A DNA stretch of 64,000 nt from Eledone cirrhosa (GCA_964016885.1 OZ024758.1:30752001-30816000), one strand, 5' to 3'. Positions 15,479-30,512 are shown, counted from the stretch's first letter. The notes: a model not told the origin generated them from the letters alone. Made by a program: numbers and translations.

Positions 15479-18400
15479 GTATGGTGAACTAACTGTTGTG
15501 TAACCACTTCTATATATATATATCTATATATATATATATCTATATATATATATATATATATATATATAGATATAGATATATATATATATCAGTGGCAACT
15601 CCTACACTCAGAGCTGAGCCAGAGTACTGCATCTGTCAGGTCTATCTACTTGAAACCAACATGAAACATCTTAGAACACTACTTTCACTACTAATACTTC
15701 CTCTAACTTAAACCCGTGCCTCAGGCTTAAAACTTTGCGTCCGATTTATTAAGAATATATATTCTCGAGTTATTTCAATTCATTATATTACAAAAGGTTT
15801 ACATTGGTTTCAATTTTACAACTAAAAAATGTAAATAAATTTCGCTGTTCGTAATAACTAGGCCACTCGTGACCCGTTGAGTAACGTTCACTTAAAAATA
15901 ATTTTAAAATAATTAAAATATACACAGACATATATATATTGAAAAATGAAATTGGAAGGCCCATATATATATATGCGTGTGCGTGTGTATACATATATAT
16001 ATGTATATATATATGTATGGGTGTCTTTCGCTTTCTCTATTTATGAAGGTACCCGGAAAAAACCCGTATCTCGAGAACCTGTGCTCCGATTGAGGCGAAA
16101 CTTGTTTTATTACATTTGTATTCCCATTTCAGGGGCAACTTCCTTGCAAAGCATTTTCCTATTATGCACCGTTTTGGCTGTATTAAATTACATACAAGCA
16201 TACAATCACAGAGTCTTAGTGTTATATAGATGTTATCTAGGTGAATCGGGTTCTTGAGCAACCTACTGTCAAGGAATAGAATTTTGTTATTACTTCATAC
16301 CATAAAATATTGGTTTAAATAAATTTTATTTTACATAACACTGTTTAAATGAAGAAAATTTTATGAATTGAAAACCGAGATGGTCATGGCTGGAAATATT
16401 GTTGTTTTCATAAGTAGATTTTCTCTGTTAGCATGCTCTTGAATTGGACTAAGCGCCAACGACAAAAAACCAATATCAATAGAAAAAGACAAATAGTACA
16501 TTATACAAGGCATCTTCTACAGCATAGACTCAATATTATATATAGTAGATGATCAAAATCCTGCTCTGTTAATAACAAATTTTCAATTTGGTAGATGTTA
16601 TTTCATTCTGCAGCAAATAATGCCTTCCTAATATATATGAAACATATTTGCTATTCTTTTTCAGAGTCTTAGTGATCCACAGAACTACTACTTATCTCCA
16701 GCGTTTCTTTGTGCTAAGTGGATCAAAGATTAATCGCTTTTCTTGCAGTAGAATTTAATCATAGTACACCGCAAATGGCAATTAATAAGCACGGCTGCTG
16801 CTTACAGATAGGAATTATAGCCTGGTGGGTTGCGCTTTTGAGAATTTTCGTTATAATATAGTGTCTCTGATACAATATAAATCAAAGATTTCTCTATTGG
16901 TTCCACGTTAGTCTATCACCTCGACCATCCACAATCTCATTACGAACAAACCGATAGAATATTTCCAGCATTCAAATTAGTCAAATTATTTTCTCTCAGA
17001 TCAAGACTACAAGTTAGAAACACATAAAAAGAAAATAACATGTTTTTCAGCGAAATCATTAAAAAAAGAAACATGCCAGTTATCTGAGAACATTTTATGG
17101 TGTAGTTGTCTTGTGTCACATCTTTTCATGTATCTTTGATGCTCTTGGTCTTTTATTTCAAATCCACTCCTTATCAAATGAGGGTATTAGTCAATAGCTC
17201 TACAGTTCACGTTCAGTATTTAGTAGGTTTTCATTATCTAATGTATCCTTCCTGTATTTAAAACAGTAGGGTAAAGTTTGGACGAAATTTGGTTGCTATT
17301 TGTAGCAGGTCAAACGTTAATTTCCAGTTTACTCGATACTGGAGGGGCAGTTTTAGTTGCAGTTCTTTAAGGTGGTTCCATGACTTAAAGCCAGCAGTAC
17401 AAGCTAACAAAACATTTGTTAATTATGGGAAAGGAGGTGTCTGCATATTTATTAATAAGAGGACAGAATATTAACCGCATATTTATTAATAAGAGGACAG
17501 AATATTAACTGCTGAATATTTTGTTTAGTGGTTGACAACAACAACGATAACAATAACAATAACAACGATAACAATAGCAAAACATGGTGGACATTTATTA
17601 ACTACCAAAATTCAGTAATTTTATACTTAAATATTATTAATAATATTTTTGTATGAAGTGATTGAATTTGGAAGTTAATATATTTCCACAATTTGAGCAT
17701 TCGTTGATATTATTATCAACGAATGCTGTTATAACTATTGGCTTCGGATTCAATGTTGAACAACCTGCCAAAATTGCTCATTTCCGATATTACTCTACCG
17801 TTCAAAATAAAATCCTGGTAAATTATTAAACAATACTGTAAAGTCATGAAATTGAGAGAGTGTCAAATACAGATACTAATATTTATGTTTGTGTTCTCTC
17901 TGAAAAGCATAATACACCCCGCATTGGCAGTCTCGGTTATTCTCAGAATTTTCCATATAGAACCTAACTAATAATTGTTCGCGGAAACCATGTTCGCGGA
18001 GTCGTAAATATCTTCCGTGATTTTTTAATGGCTTTTTCCGTGGCAAGATATATCTTTTTACGCTTTTTAACGCTAAATCATTAACAATATACCATATTTG
18101 CCGGTCTATATTTTACGTTATGTTTTGACGTTTATAGGCATTTTTATGGACCATGTCCAATATTGGCAGTTTTTCACTCTTGGCGGGGGCTCTAGGAGCC
18201 TAACCTCCGCGAATACCGAGGCACAACTGTATTAGAAAACTAAAAAATAAGTGACCGTAGAAATAATGCCCACAATGCCATGGAAAACGAAATATCCCAA
18301 ACTTAAATTTAAGCTCACCGTAAAAAGGAAAGAATCAGATTTACCTAAACAAAAGGACAAAGAACTACAAAGACAGGATTTACCAAAATAGAAATGAACT

Positions 18401-18560
18401 AAAAATCACAGAATTATTCAAAGTAGGAAATAAGTCACTATAACATTTATCAACCACCATCTTTCATTGTTTTCTTAAATTCCTCCTTCCTTAACGCATG
18501 TTTCAAAGCTTTTCAAAGAAAACAAAAAAAACTTCTTTAAAGCTCGTTAAATAATGTTTA

Positions 18561-18720
18561 AGGCAGCGAATTGGCGGAGTCTTTAAGACGTCGGCTAGAA
18601 TGCTTTACGGTATTCATCCCTCCTCTTTGCACGCTCTGAGTTCAAATCCCGCCTTGGTCAACTTTGCCTTTCATGCTTTCGAGGTCGATAAAAAAGTACC
18701 AGACCAGTACTGGGGTCGAT
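18561..18720 (+). mobile_element. SINE copy (older subfamily)
   Basis: GAGTTCAAATCCCGCC..CTTTGCCTTTCAT..GTCGATAAAAAAGTACC. Confidence 0.85.
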
Positions 18721-19308
18721 TCTTCCTCTATAGAATAAATCGGCTGTGTTCAGAACTGGAAAGGGTTGGGCTCTGCCGGGTTTAAGTGTACCCCAGACAT
18801 GCCGTATAACGGAGCCTCTACGACCCCACAAGGAGTTATGGGATCTTTATCCTTTATCCGTAAATAACTTCTATAATTCTGAAATCAGATTGTTCCGATG
18901 AGTCGAAGAGGAAGAAAAGTTTAGTTCATTCTCACGCAAAGCACGAGCATATCTCTACTTTCTTGAACTTTCTCGGCACTATAATAACGAATGAATACAG
19001 AAATGTGTATTAGTTGATGTAGAAAGATAGAATTGCTTAACAATCAAATAATCTCAATCCCCAAAGAACATCTGCATGCTATATAATATTTAATATATAA
19101 GATATAATATTGATAATACTATCTGTTTAGGAATCAAAGTTTATGAGGTGGATACCATTAAATCAACCTGAAGAGGTATAATCATGTATTTATTATTAAT
19201 CTCTCTCTCTTGCACTCTTTCTTTCTATTTATCTATCTGTCTGTTTGTCGGTCTGTCTGGCTGTCTATCTTCTTCTCTATCTATCTATCAATCTCTCTCT
19301 CTCTTTCT

Positions 19309-19391
<83 letters not shown>

Positions 19392-19810
19392 ATAAAAAAC
19401 AGGGGAAGAAAGAGGAAAACTGCGTGGTTGCACATGGGTTACATATTATAAAATTAGTCCCCCATCAGTGATTTGCCAACCTATAGCTCAGGTTGGTGCG
19501 AGCAATAACTAAAATAAGCTATTGGGACAAGTGAATCGCGTAAAGCGAGTGAGACAAGTAAACAACATAGAAGGAAAAGCAAACCGAAGGTAGGAAAAAA
19601 AGCAAGCAACATGATGGTTATCCGGTCAGCATAAGCTGGGTGATATATATATATATATAGAGAGAGAGACGACTAGCTAGGCATGATAACAACACGCTGC
19701 TTCGTTCGACACTGGGTCAAAAACATAAGCACTTTTTTTCTCTATGTTTTTCTTTGCTTGTTTCCTTAAAGTTTACCATCATTCCGTTGGTAAACATCTA
19801 TTATGCAATC

Positions 19811-19869
19811 TACACCTGAAGATATCACCAGGTTCTTATGCAACCTGGCTACTGAAATGTGCATAGTAT
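19811..19869 (+). ncRNA. Hammerhead ribozyme (partly decayed)
   Basis: CTGAAGA-..ccaggtt/aacctgg..-GAAA-tgtgca-TA. Confidence 0.6.
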
Positions 19870-19904
19870 TTCAACATATTTGGCCTCCTTTAATTTCACT
19901 TTAT

Positions 19905-19978
<74 letters not shown>

Positions 19979-20017
19979 CCTCTGAAACCATCAACACCAA
20001 AAACACAGAGCTGACTA

Positions 20018-20073
20018 ACTGCCTGATGAGGTCATAGCCATTCAATGGCTATCATCGAAATATATATAGCAGT
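20018..20073 (+). ncRNA. Hammerhead ribozyme
   Basis: actgc-CTGATGA-g..atagccat/atggctat..c-GAAA-tatata-TA-gcagt; relative at 60606. Confidence 0.85.
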
Positions 20074-20118
20074 AAATAAAGGATTATGAGTTCATGCAAT
20101 TGACTTATGTTTCGTCAC

Positions 20119-20192
<74 letters not shown>

Positions 20193-20217
20193 TGTAATAA
20201 ACAACATAAGGCAATTA

Positions 20218-20277
20218 TTCCATTTACCAGTGGTTTCTTAAAAGCAAAAAATTTTGCTTTCAATCATCAGAAAGAAA
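20218..20277 (-). ncRNA. Hammerhead ribozyme
   Basis: Inverted copy of 20305-20364. Confidence 0.75.
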
Positions 20278-20304
20278 AAATCCTGGTCTCTGAGACCAGG
20301 ATTT

Positions 20305-20364
20305 TTTCTTTCTGATGATTGAAAGCAACATTTTTTGCTTTTAAGAAACCACTGGTAAATGGAA
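20305..20364 (+). ncRNA. Hammerhead ribozyme
   Basis: CTGATGA-ttgaaagcaa/ttgcttttaa-GAAA-cca c tgg-TA-aatggaa. Confidence 0.8.
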
Positions 20365-20625
20365 TAATTGCCTTATGTTGTTTATTACATAACTATTAAG
20401 CTCTGTTACCTACATAGAGCACTCTTTTTTCCTGGACTTTTCCGACGGAATTACTTCATTTATATATATATATATAAAATGTACGTACGTATGTGTGCGG
20501 TATATGTATGTGTGAATTAATCTTTATTTTTCTCAGGTCTGTTGCTGCCAATCTGTATGTCGTCACATCACCTTTCTTTCACCTTCACTTGGAGTTCATA
20601 AATCCCTTAACTCACAGAAACACTG

Positions 20626-20748
20626 TCTTCTTCTTCTTCTTCTTTTTCTTCTTCTTCTTCTTCTTCTTCTTCTTCTTCTTCTTCTTCTTCTTCTTCTTCT
20701 TCTTCTTCTTCTTCTTCTTCTTCTTCTTCTTCTTCTTCTTCTTCTTCT
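20626..20748. repeat. (TTC)n microsatellite
   Basis: Direct reading. Confidence 0.97.
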
Positions 20749-21054
20749 AATTTTTGATATTCTAGATTTTCAATTCAATTCTGAATTTCTCACTCATGTT
20801 GATATCTACCTTTTATTTTAATTTTATTTTATTTTACGTTTCTCCATATTTTTCTAGCATCTTTTCAGTATTTCCATAAAGAATGTTATTTAAATTGTTA
20901 TAAAATCTAAAATCAAATCTCATTTTACATATTTTCTTATTGCCAATATTATAAATGAGAGCTATTCGTCTTACATTTTGGTGTTTTAAGCCTACGCAAG
21001 TAAGCTAAGAGCTTGAAATTATACTACAATAAAGTGTTAGCGAAAATAGGTTTT

Positions 21055-21210
21055 AGGTGCATGGAATTGGCAGCGTCGTTAGAACGTCGGTTAGACGGCT
21101 TTGTGGTATTCATTTCGGCTCTCTGAGTTCAAATCCCACCGAGGTCAACTTTACCTTTCATCCATACAATGTCGATAAAAAAAGTACCAGTCTAGTACTG
21201 GGGTCAATTC
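21055..21210 (+). mobile_element. SINE copy (older subfamily)
   Basis: B-box plus central domain. Confidence 0.8.
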
Positions 21211-21671
21211 TTCCTCTAATATCTCTTGCTTACTCCCCCCATCTCTCTCTCTCACACTTTCTATAATTCTCTGTAAGAACTCTGCTGTGTTCAGAACTGG
21301 AAAAGAGATGTGCACCGCCAGGCTTTGATGCCCAAGATACGCCGGATGTCAATACAGCGCCACCAGGAGTTACGGGACCATACCAGTATACGAAACAAAT
21401 ACAACTTCAAAACATCAATAACTACTCAGTTTTTTTTATGTCATAAAAATAAATTCTTGATGACAATAGGATGCAACCCATACATCTACAAGTGTAAGGA
21501 TATATTCACCTTTGTACCTTGTTCATGTGGAGGGAGCTTACACTTAATGGCGTTGCCACAGTAATTCAATGTTGAAAGGTTTTAATGCACCCCTTCACCC
21601 CTTCACTCATTCAACTTGATTTAATTGAAAGACACAAATTAGATAATTGTGTTTATTGATTGAACAACAAG

Positions 21672-21865
21672 GGCCGTGGATTGGCAGTATCGGTAGAGAG
21701 TCGGACACCATGCTTTGACGCATAGAGTTACGGCCCTTGCCATTCTGAGTTCAAATCCCGCCGAGGTTAACTTTGCCTTTCATCCTTACGGGATCGATAA
21801 AATAAAGTACCAGTAATGCACTGGGTAATTGCTGGCCTTGTGCCTAAAGTAGAAACAATTATTAT
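21672..21865 (+). mobile_element. SINE copy
   Basis: Same family as 8839-9027. Confidence 0.9.
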
Positions 21866-23654
21866 TTCCCTTACTCTCTCGATAGGTTATAAATCCCCAA
21901 TTATTTTAATGAGATGTGGTATTATTTTCCTATATAAACTTAATTAACTTATATTCTCATTTACTTCCTAATACTTTATATTTATTATCATTGTTGTTGT
22001 TGTTGTTGTTGAGTCTCTCTATACGTGGGACACATCGGTAAATTAAGTTCATTATTTGTTAATGTGCATTTTTTTTTAATTGTCTGTATATATATTGTTT
22101 TGTGGCTAAACCAACCATCTTCTTAGGGAGCTGCCTAGTTTTCCTCTATCTGGAGCCCTTTACAGCTAAATTTGAGTTTCCTTTTCACAAACATGCTCCA
22201 CATTTAAAACAAAATAAATATGGCGGACGATAAAATACTTGTGCTGAAACGTACAACCTGCTGTCCACAAGATGGAACAGCCAAAGTTAAAAATCAGCAG
22301 CATTATTAACAACAATATCAACAACATCACTATACGGAAAAATTAGCCAACTTTCCGCTTTCAAACACTATGGCACCGGCGCCATATTCTCAAGACCAAC
22401 AAAATAAAACAAACACAACATAAAACAGTACGAACAGGAACAAAGCCCCCCACCAACACCAATGGAGAGTTCGGAAAGGAGGGGAACACCTTCCTATGGT
22501 GCTCTTGACAATTAGAGTGGTTTCAGACCTGTGTGGTTCCTAAACTACCATTAGGTGATCCTCACACCTAGTGACGAATTCTATTGTTTTAATTTATTGT
22601 TATTTTGTTACATATTTTACCTACACGATTCATTGTGTAAATTTCCACTGTCCTTGTCCATCTATATTGTCCCTTTTTTAGAGGCCTAGTGGCCAATAAT
22701 ACAAGAAATACTATTTGAAAAGTCTTGGGTTTCAAAATACGTAATCTACATTGCCGGATTGAAAATTTAACCTCCGGGGTCCATATTTAATTGAAATGTT
22801 GTTGGTAGCCCCAGATCGGCCTTAAACAATGTATGATATCAATCTCTTTTCCTACGCATGGATCTACATTGCCCATTGTGTTCTTTTCTTTTTAAGATGA
22901 CGTGTGATATGAGATAAACTTGGCTGTTATTTTTAGATAGTAAAGTGACCGCGTTGATCCCTTTTAATCCGAGTTAAATATCATGATGATGATGTGTTAG
23001 GGACGAAGCGGAGTTTTTTAAAGCCAACATATGACACTAGCAGTCACGAGTGACAATTGTCTTAAGCGACCTAATTTTTCTTATTGATTACGTATATTCC
23101 GATTGCATTAGCATCACTATATTCCCATTTATGCATTTTCATGTACACACACACACACACAAACACACTCATATATATATGTGTGTGTGTGTGTGTGTGG
23201 TAATAAAGATATTGATTAATACCATAGTAACTAATGGGAGATGTAATTACTGGTGATATATCCATCAACTCTCTAGCAGCAAAATAGACTGATTTGTGAC
23301 AGTCTCTGCATTATAGCTGTCCGACTACTAGTCAGATAAATGGTGGACAGTCGAGTAGCCACAAATAACGCCGTGTAATGAAATACGTTTACGTTCTAGC
23401 TACTAGCTATAAAGCTCTATATAAAGACGGAAGAATACGCCAGACAACCCGTAACGTAGTGGCTATCATGCATGCACGAAATTCAAGAGATACGAGGTTC
23501 GATTTCTCGTTGACCCTTCTGTCCACAATTTCCCGTCTCTGAGGGTAATTTACACGATTTTCTTCACTATTCTTTATAGTGGTTGACTATTATTAAAATC
23601 ATTTTCTGTGTTTAGGAAGCTCACATTTTGAAATTATAGCAACGCTCCTAAAAA

Positions 23655-23753
<99 letters not shown>

Positions 23754-23826
23754 CACTATCCAAACTGAGCCTGAACCGATAAGGTCTGGTTTCTTGGGTA
23801 TGTCACCATTTATAAAACAAATTTTG

Positions 23827-23887
23827 TATTTTATCTGATGAGAGCGTACCAAAATGTTGGTATCCTTGAAATATATATAATAAAATA
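23827..23887 (+). ncRNA. Hammerhead ribozyme (family B)
   Basis: tattttat-CTGATGA-gagcgtacca..tggtatcctt-GAAA-tatata-TA-ataaaata. Confidence 0.8.
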
Positions 23888-24794
23888 AATGGTTTTATAA
23901 ATATAGATTCCATTTATGATTTTATAAATATAGTTTCCATTTATTAATATCACTAGCAGAAAAAGCACCCTACGGGTGGTTCTCTGCTAGCATGTGTAGT
24001 GTGTGTATTTATATTATACGCAAGTATATATACATGTAGATATGATACATCAAATAAAATCGTAATTGACAATATACACAGAAATTGAACAAAGCCTATG
24101 TTACACTGTCTTCTGTAATCAGTAATCCATGATACATTAAAAAAAGACGACATTATATATAAACTGCATTAGGAGAAAATTAGCGACAGAAATATATGCG
24201 ATTATAAGTGTTGTAATATAACGGCCGCTAACTATATACAAACTCCAATAAAGAAATGTTTGAATGAAAATTACCTATCTAACTCAATCACGTGCTCTGC
24301 ATTGCATCTCACATAACATATATCCATTTTATCACCACGTCTCTCTACCATATAGCACAGCATTTAAAACATTTAAAACATTTCTAACACTTGTAACATG
24401 CTTTTACATTCTACATGAAATATGGTTGTTTCAGCTGTAATATAACTCTTAACTCATACATGCCTTATTGATTGTATTGACTGTTGCATTATATACCCTT
24501 AATATTACCTGATTTCCAATGCTATGATATCTTCTATCTATTCTATCTTACATTTTTTTTGCTTGTAACTTTTTTTGCTTGTACCTTTTGCTTGTACCTT
24601 AAACAATACCTTTATACATAATATGCTTATGTTTCACCTTTCACCATTGCTCCTTGTAATTGTGTTTTCTGAAGCATAAGATTCTTTTTTAACTCCCGAT
24701 TCTCTATATGATGTTTATGACACTGACAACAGTTATGTATCTACCTAAATGTTCTGAAGACTAGAATTTTAATCACCTGTTTAAACATTCCCTA

Positions 24795-24841
24795 TGCTCC
24801 GATGATTCCAGACATCCCTCTGGAAGAAACAATTGTCAGCA
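24795..24841 (+). ncRNA. Hammerhead ribozyme, U4C core variant
   Basis: tgct-CCGATGA-ttccaga/tctggaa-GAAA-caattg-TC-agca. Confidence 0.75.
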
Positions 24842-25623
24842 AATAAATTTATTAAACTAAGATTAGATTGTTTTAATATTTTAAATCTCGGTTCTATAAT
24901 AAACTTGATAATTTACATTGAGCCTTTTATCCTACCGGTAACAGGCAAGTACTTACTACTACCCTCCATATTTATAATTGTATATTAAACATATATAAGT
25001 ATAAATATTACTATTATTACTAAATATAAATATGTATATATATAAATATATAATATATGAATGTATGTATAGTATATTTGGCAATATACCGTATGTTTAA
25101 TTAAAAAAACATTTAGCATATCAAACGCTATCGGTTTTAAAGTAGTGACTATGTCACTTACTTCTTTTCGGCGAAAGAAAGGGGAGAAGCTAACAGTCTG
25201 TTTCACGCTATTTGGCTAACATCAGAGCCGTGCACCAACTGCTTCCGCCGAAAATTATAGAAGTTGGATTCTTATAGAATTCCAGTAATAATCAGGCTGA
25301 TTATTACTGGAATTAATCAGCTCTTGATTATTACTGGAATTAATCAGCTCCTGATTATTACTGGAATTCTATAAGAATCCAGCTTCTATAATATAGTAAT
25401 GTGTTACTGTTGAAAATCTGTACATGAATATATAATTATATATATATATATAATTATATATATATATAATTAATTAATTAAAAGTTGGTTAGAAGCGAAG
25501 TCAATGCAGACAGGCAGACATACATACAGATAGTATAAGCGCACGACGTTATAGCTATATATATATATATGAATATATATATAATATATATATATATATG
25601 AATATATATATATTATATATATA

Positions 25624-25674
<51 letters not shown>

Positions 25675-25678
<4 letters not shown>

Positions 25679-25885
25679 ATAAATGCTCTGAAACAGCGAT
25701 ATATATGTGAATATAGACATAGAATATTCGAAAATATTCTGTATGTTTACAATAAACATTTTGAAGACCCTTGCTTTTATCGAGAATCTAATTGTAATAC
25801 GTGACGTATTCTATTCTATAGCGATTAGGTCTTCAAAATGTTTATTGTAAACATACAGAATATTTTCGAATATTCTATGTCTATA

Positions 25886-25890
<5 letters not shown>
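25675..25890. mobile_element. Short asymmetric IR element in (TA)n
   Basis: Arms ~25708-25770 / 25828-25890. Confidence 0.7.
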
Positions 25891-25932
<42 letters not shown>

Positions 25933-25934
<2 letters not shown>

Positions 25935-26290
25935 CTAGCAGTGGTACCTGGCGTTGCACGGGATACGGTATTTTGCAACGCGGGCCGCCAACAGACCTAA
26001 TCGTGGAAAAACTGCATGCCTGGACAATATGTAAAGAAAATAAACTGAATACTCTGATGGCTGGATAATCTTTAAGATTTTCCTCGATGAAAAAGGAAAA
26101 ATGCAGGTTTTCACCTAATGCGGGCCCTAGGGGATCAAGAAAATGAATTTTTTTTATGTGCATAATATGACTTGAAATTTCGGGAAAATCGGCTAGACGT
26201 AACGCCTCAAAAAAGCCCTAAAAGACTGAAAAAATGAAGTTTTTCACCTAATGCGGGCCTTAGGCCATAAGAAAGTTGGATTTCCTTTGC
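25933..26290 (-). mobile_element. Helitron-like 3' end fragment
   Basis: Reverse strand ends CCCGTGCAACGCCAGGTACCACTGCTAGT (GC-rich hairpin-like motif + CTAGT). Confidence 0.5.
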
Positions 26291-26644
26291 TCACTGTGTG
26301 AAGAAGAGACTGAGTAATACATAGTTACAATTCCAAGGTAAAAAGAGGCAAGGTTTAGACAAATCACAGAGGCAATAAACATAAATGAACTCCAACCTAA
26401 ATTAAATAGAAAACATGAATGGAATAGCAACATCACAACTTACAATTAAGGACAAAATGAAAACACACACACACATACAACAAACAACCAACCAGTAACA
26501 TGTAAATAAACAAATAAATAAACAAATATAAACACACACAGAAACCCAGATGTAACACATGCGCGAACTAAGCACACAACGCACACAAAAAGAAGATGGC
26601 GTAAGACAGAACAAAGGGGAGGCACAAAAACAAAGAAAAGAATT

Positions 26645-26692
26645 CACATCCACTGAAGAGGTCACAGAATGTGTGACGAAAGAACTTTGACA
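26645..26692 (+). ncRNA. Partial HHR-like motif
   Basis: CTGAAGA-ggtcaca/tgtgac-GAAAGAACTT; relative at 31201-31245 has covarying stem II gttgca/tgcaac; stems I/III poor. Confidence 0.45.
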
Positions 26693-26837
26693 ATATATGA
26701 ACAACCGTCTGGTTGTGGAACCAACCAACCGGAAATTAATAAATTCTTAAATTTATAAATTTAATTTATAATAAATTGGAGTGAAAGCAACTGGTGCGTG
26801 TGTTTCTTATTGGCAACATGACCCTCCCAAAGTATAA

Positions 26838-27610
26838 CAATATATATATAAATATATATATAAATATATATATAATATATATGAATATATATATAAATAT
26901 ATATATATATGAATATATATATAAATATATATAGATATGAATATATATATAAATGTATATATAATATATATATATATGAATATATATATAATATATATAT
27001 ATATGAATATATATATAAATATATATATCAATATATATATAAATATATATATGAATATATATATAATATATATATATATAGGAATATATATATAAATATA
27101 TATATATATGAATATATATATAATATATATATATATGAATATATATATAAAAATATATATGAATATATATATAAGTATATATATGAATATATATATAATA
27201 TATATATATATATGAATATATATATATAAGTATATATATATATAATATATATATATATATGAATATATATATAATATATATATATATGAATATATATATA
27301 AAAATATATATATTCATATATATTTTTATATATATAAAGTATATATATGAATATATATATAATATATATATATATATGACTATATATATAAGTATATATA
27401 TATAATATATATATATATGAATATATATAATATATATATATATGAATATATATATAAGTATATATATATGAATATATATATAATATATATATGAATATAT
27501 ATATAAATATATATATATAAATATATATATGAATATATATATATATATAAATATATATATATGAATATATATATGAATATATATATATATATATAAATAT
27601 ATATATATGA

Positions 27611-27659
<49 letters not shown>

Positions 27660-27817
27660 TATATATATAAATATATATATATATGAATATATATATAATA
27701 TATATATATATGAATATATATATAAAAATATATATGAATATATATATAAGTATATATATGAATATATATATAATATATATATATATGAATATATAATATA
27801 TATGTATAAATATAATA

Positions 27818-27849
<32 letters not shown>

Positions 27850-27850
27850 A
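26838..27850. repeat. (TA)n microsatellite with GAA/TAA interruptions
   Basis: Direct reading. Confidence 0.95.
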
Positions 27851-28705
27851 AACATGAGAAGAAAGAAGAATACTGCGTGGTTCCACATGGGTTACATATG
27901 ATAAAAATAGTCCTTCGTCAGTGATTTTCCAACCATCATTGGTATTTCATCGCATAAAAAAAATATATATATATATGAATATATAATATATATGTATAAA
28001 TATAATATATATATATATATATATAAGAAAAAAAGATGAAATCGAAAATGCAACCGGAGTCTTATTTTAAAAAAAATATATATATTTATTTGGTTCCTTT
28101 AAAAAAAGTCTCCAGTTGCATTTTCGATTTCATCTTTTTTCTTTATACTTTCACTCGTGCAGGAGACCTCGGTTATTTTTCATTTTGTAAAAAAAACCTC
28201 ACTTCTAATATATATATATATATATATATGAAAATAAAATATATATGTATAAATATAATATATATATATATATATATATATAGTGCTGGGTAGGGGTGCG
28301 TGAGATATATTTAACTCTTTCGTTTTCTTGTTTTCTTGAATGTGGGTGTACAGTCGATATATTTCAGATATACAATCAGTGTTGATGATGGGGCATAGCT
28401 TGCTATCAGTTTCTCAGCTTACGTATAGTAATTTCCTATCATGATAGAAAACTCGTGTGGTCGCCTTAAGCAAGATACGTAAGACTATTTATCTCTTCTA
28501 GAAAAGAGCGTTACCAGACGTAACAAACGGCATTGGAAACATCTGATACTAGTCTATATCTGGAGAGAACCGAGAAATCGGAGATATGCCAATATAGATA
28601 AATACATATACAATAAGACAGAAATATGTACAATATATGTTTGCATGCATTTATGTATGCATGTATCTAGAGATGGATGAATGAATATATAAATATATAT
28701 AAATA

Positions 28706-28747
<42 letters not shown>

Positions 28748-28967
28748 AACATATATATATATATGTATATATAAATATATAAATATATATGTATATATAT
28801 TTATATGTATACATCTATAACTCTATATATACACACATATATATATATATATACACACATATATATATATATATCTGGTGTGGGATGCTTAAAGCGTCCG
28901 TATGCGGTAGTATAATATGACATAAGAAACGGAGAATCAGAGTTGCGACGAATTAACATTTATTAAA

Positions 28968-29048
28968 CACACTACAATCGTTTCTCTGGCGACCAGCCAG
29001 AGGCACGATCGATGTGGTGACTCTGAAATCACGAGATCCTCAGATACG
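28968..29048 (-). ncRNA. Hammerhead ribozyme (long stem II)
   Basis: cgtat-CTGAGGA-tct..aga-GAAA-cgattg-TA-gtgtg. Confidence 0.6.
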
Positions 29049-29131
29049 TCTTAATCTTTCGAAGCAGAGTTTCCAAATATATATATATATATAGATATAT
29101 ATATATAGATATATATTTATATATATATATA

Positions 29132-29303
29132 TAGGAACGAGTAGGACCCCGACGGCTGAGCTCAAGCCGTTTCGAGGAGCCTTCGAAACGGCTGGAGCTC
29201 AGCCGTCGGGGTCCTACTCGTTACTATTACCCAGTCTACTACCCTAAGTATTGAGTACTTTGGTGCGTTATGGTCCACCTGGTTCCTTACCACATTTCCT
29301 TCG

Positions 29304-29305
<2 letters not shown>
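29132..29305. mobile_element. Family C asymmetric IR element
   Basis: Same termini TAGGAAC / TTCGTTA as the other copies. Confidence 0.9.
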
Positions 29306-29371
<66 letters not shown>

Positions 29372-29840
29372 AATTTAACAATAAAAATAATAACAATAAC
29401 ATCGAATTATTTTACCTATTTATATCATTGTTTTACAATCAATTCGGAGGGTTGATTATATTGACATATTGTCTGATGTATAGCATTTATATAATTGTAT
29501 TCTATCAGACCTCATATATAGGTTCGATCAGACCGTCTTCTTAGGAAGCAATATCTATATGTATATATGTATATGTATGTATATATGTATGTGTATATGT
29601 ATGTATATATATATGTATATATATATGTATGTATATACGTGTATGTATATATATGTATATATATGTATGTATATATATATATATATATATATGTATATAC
29701 ATACATATATATATACATATGTAAAATATTTCGTTTTAATCATTTTCTAACCCAGAAAAAACTGAGAAAAAATAAAAAGGGGAAAAAGTATATTTTTCTT
29801 CCTAATAATCGTCTTTTTTCCCCTGTTTTCATATATATAT

Positions 29841-30400
29841 ATATTTATTAAAATAACAGATTAAAGTTTAAGCAAAGAATCACTGCTTTCACCCTTAACG
29901 GGATCTTCTGAAACTAACAAAGTTAATCTGTAAACGCAGAAGTGGATATTTCAAAAAACGTTGCAACCGGAGGAAGACAGGAAGACGATACTTTGTTTCG
30001 TGGAAACGTTCGCTGGCAAAGAACGGGAAAAAACGAATAAAATACGTCATTAATAGGAGCGGTGAAAAACAATTACGCGCAAAGACAGTCACCGCTCCTA
30101 TTAATGACATATTCTATTCGTTTTTTCCCGTTCTTTGCCAGGGAACGTTTCCACGAACCAAAGTATCGTCTTCCTGTCTTCCTGCGGTTGCAACGTTTTT
30201 TTAAATATCCACTTCTGCGTTTACAGATTAACTTTGTTAGTTTCAGAAGATCCCCGTTAAGGGTGAAAGCAGTGATTCTTTGCTTAAACTTTAATCTGTT
30301 ATTTTAATAAATATTTGCTCTACGGTTCTTATATATTTCATATATATTTATCCTTATTGAGCCCTCTTTGGATTTTAGTCTTCAAATTTATTATTATTAC
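29841..30400. mobile_element. Asymmetric IR element with HHR variant in each arm
   Basis: Arms 29841-30064 / 30090-30314; extension to ~30400; related piece 41917-42017. Confidence 0.85.
30239..30290 (+). ncRNA. HHR-like, U4A core variant (inverted copy at 29865-29915)
   Basis: agttt-CAGAAGA-tccc..gggt-GAAA-gca..tgc-TT-aaact. Confidence 0.6.
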
Positions 30401-30466
30401 TATATATATATATATATATGCACAAGGTTTAATTTTCCTAACTTCTCCGATACATCATTTCAGATT

Positions 30467-30512
<46 letters not shown>

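Larger units (their letters stand above)
14766..15512. mobile_element. Asymmetric IR element with an HHR in each arm
   Basis: Arms ~14831-15135 / 15213-15512; extension 14766-14830; fragment at 41615-41680. Confidence 0.85.
20187..20461. mobile_element. Asymmetric IR element with two HHRs
   Basis: Palindrome 20187-20395 (centre 20291) plus extension 20396-20461. Confidence 0.9.

Noticed and set aside
15590-17480. Possible host exons in unique-looking sequence (also ~21480-21575 and 52.7-55.1 kb)
   Set aside because: No convincing ORF or domain with splice sites by eye; needs RNA-seq or BLASTx.
19420-19490. Possible minus-strand HHR (also 27875-27925, CTGACGA)
   Set aside because: GAAA and stems I/III not recoverable; too degenerate to call.
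20493-20750. Poly-Phe ORF
   Set aside because: (TTC)n microsatellite.
22220-22260. CGGACGA..GAAACGTA motif (also TTGATGA motif at ~52636)
   Set aside because: Stems do not pair; could be chance or heavily decayed.
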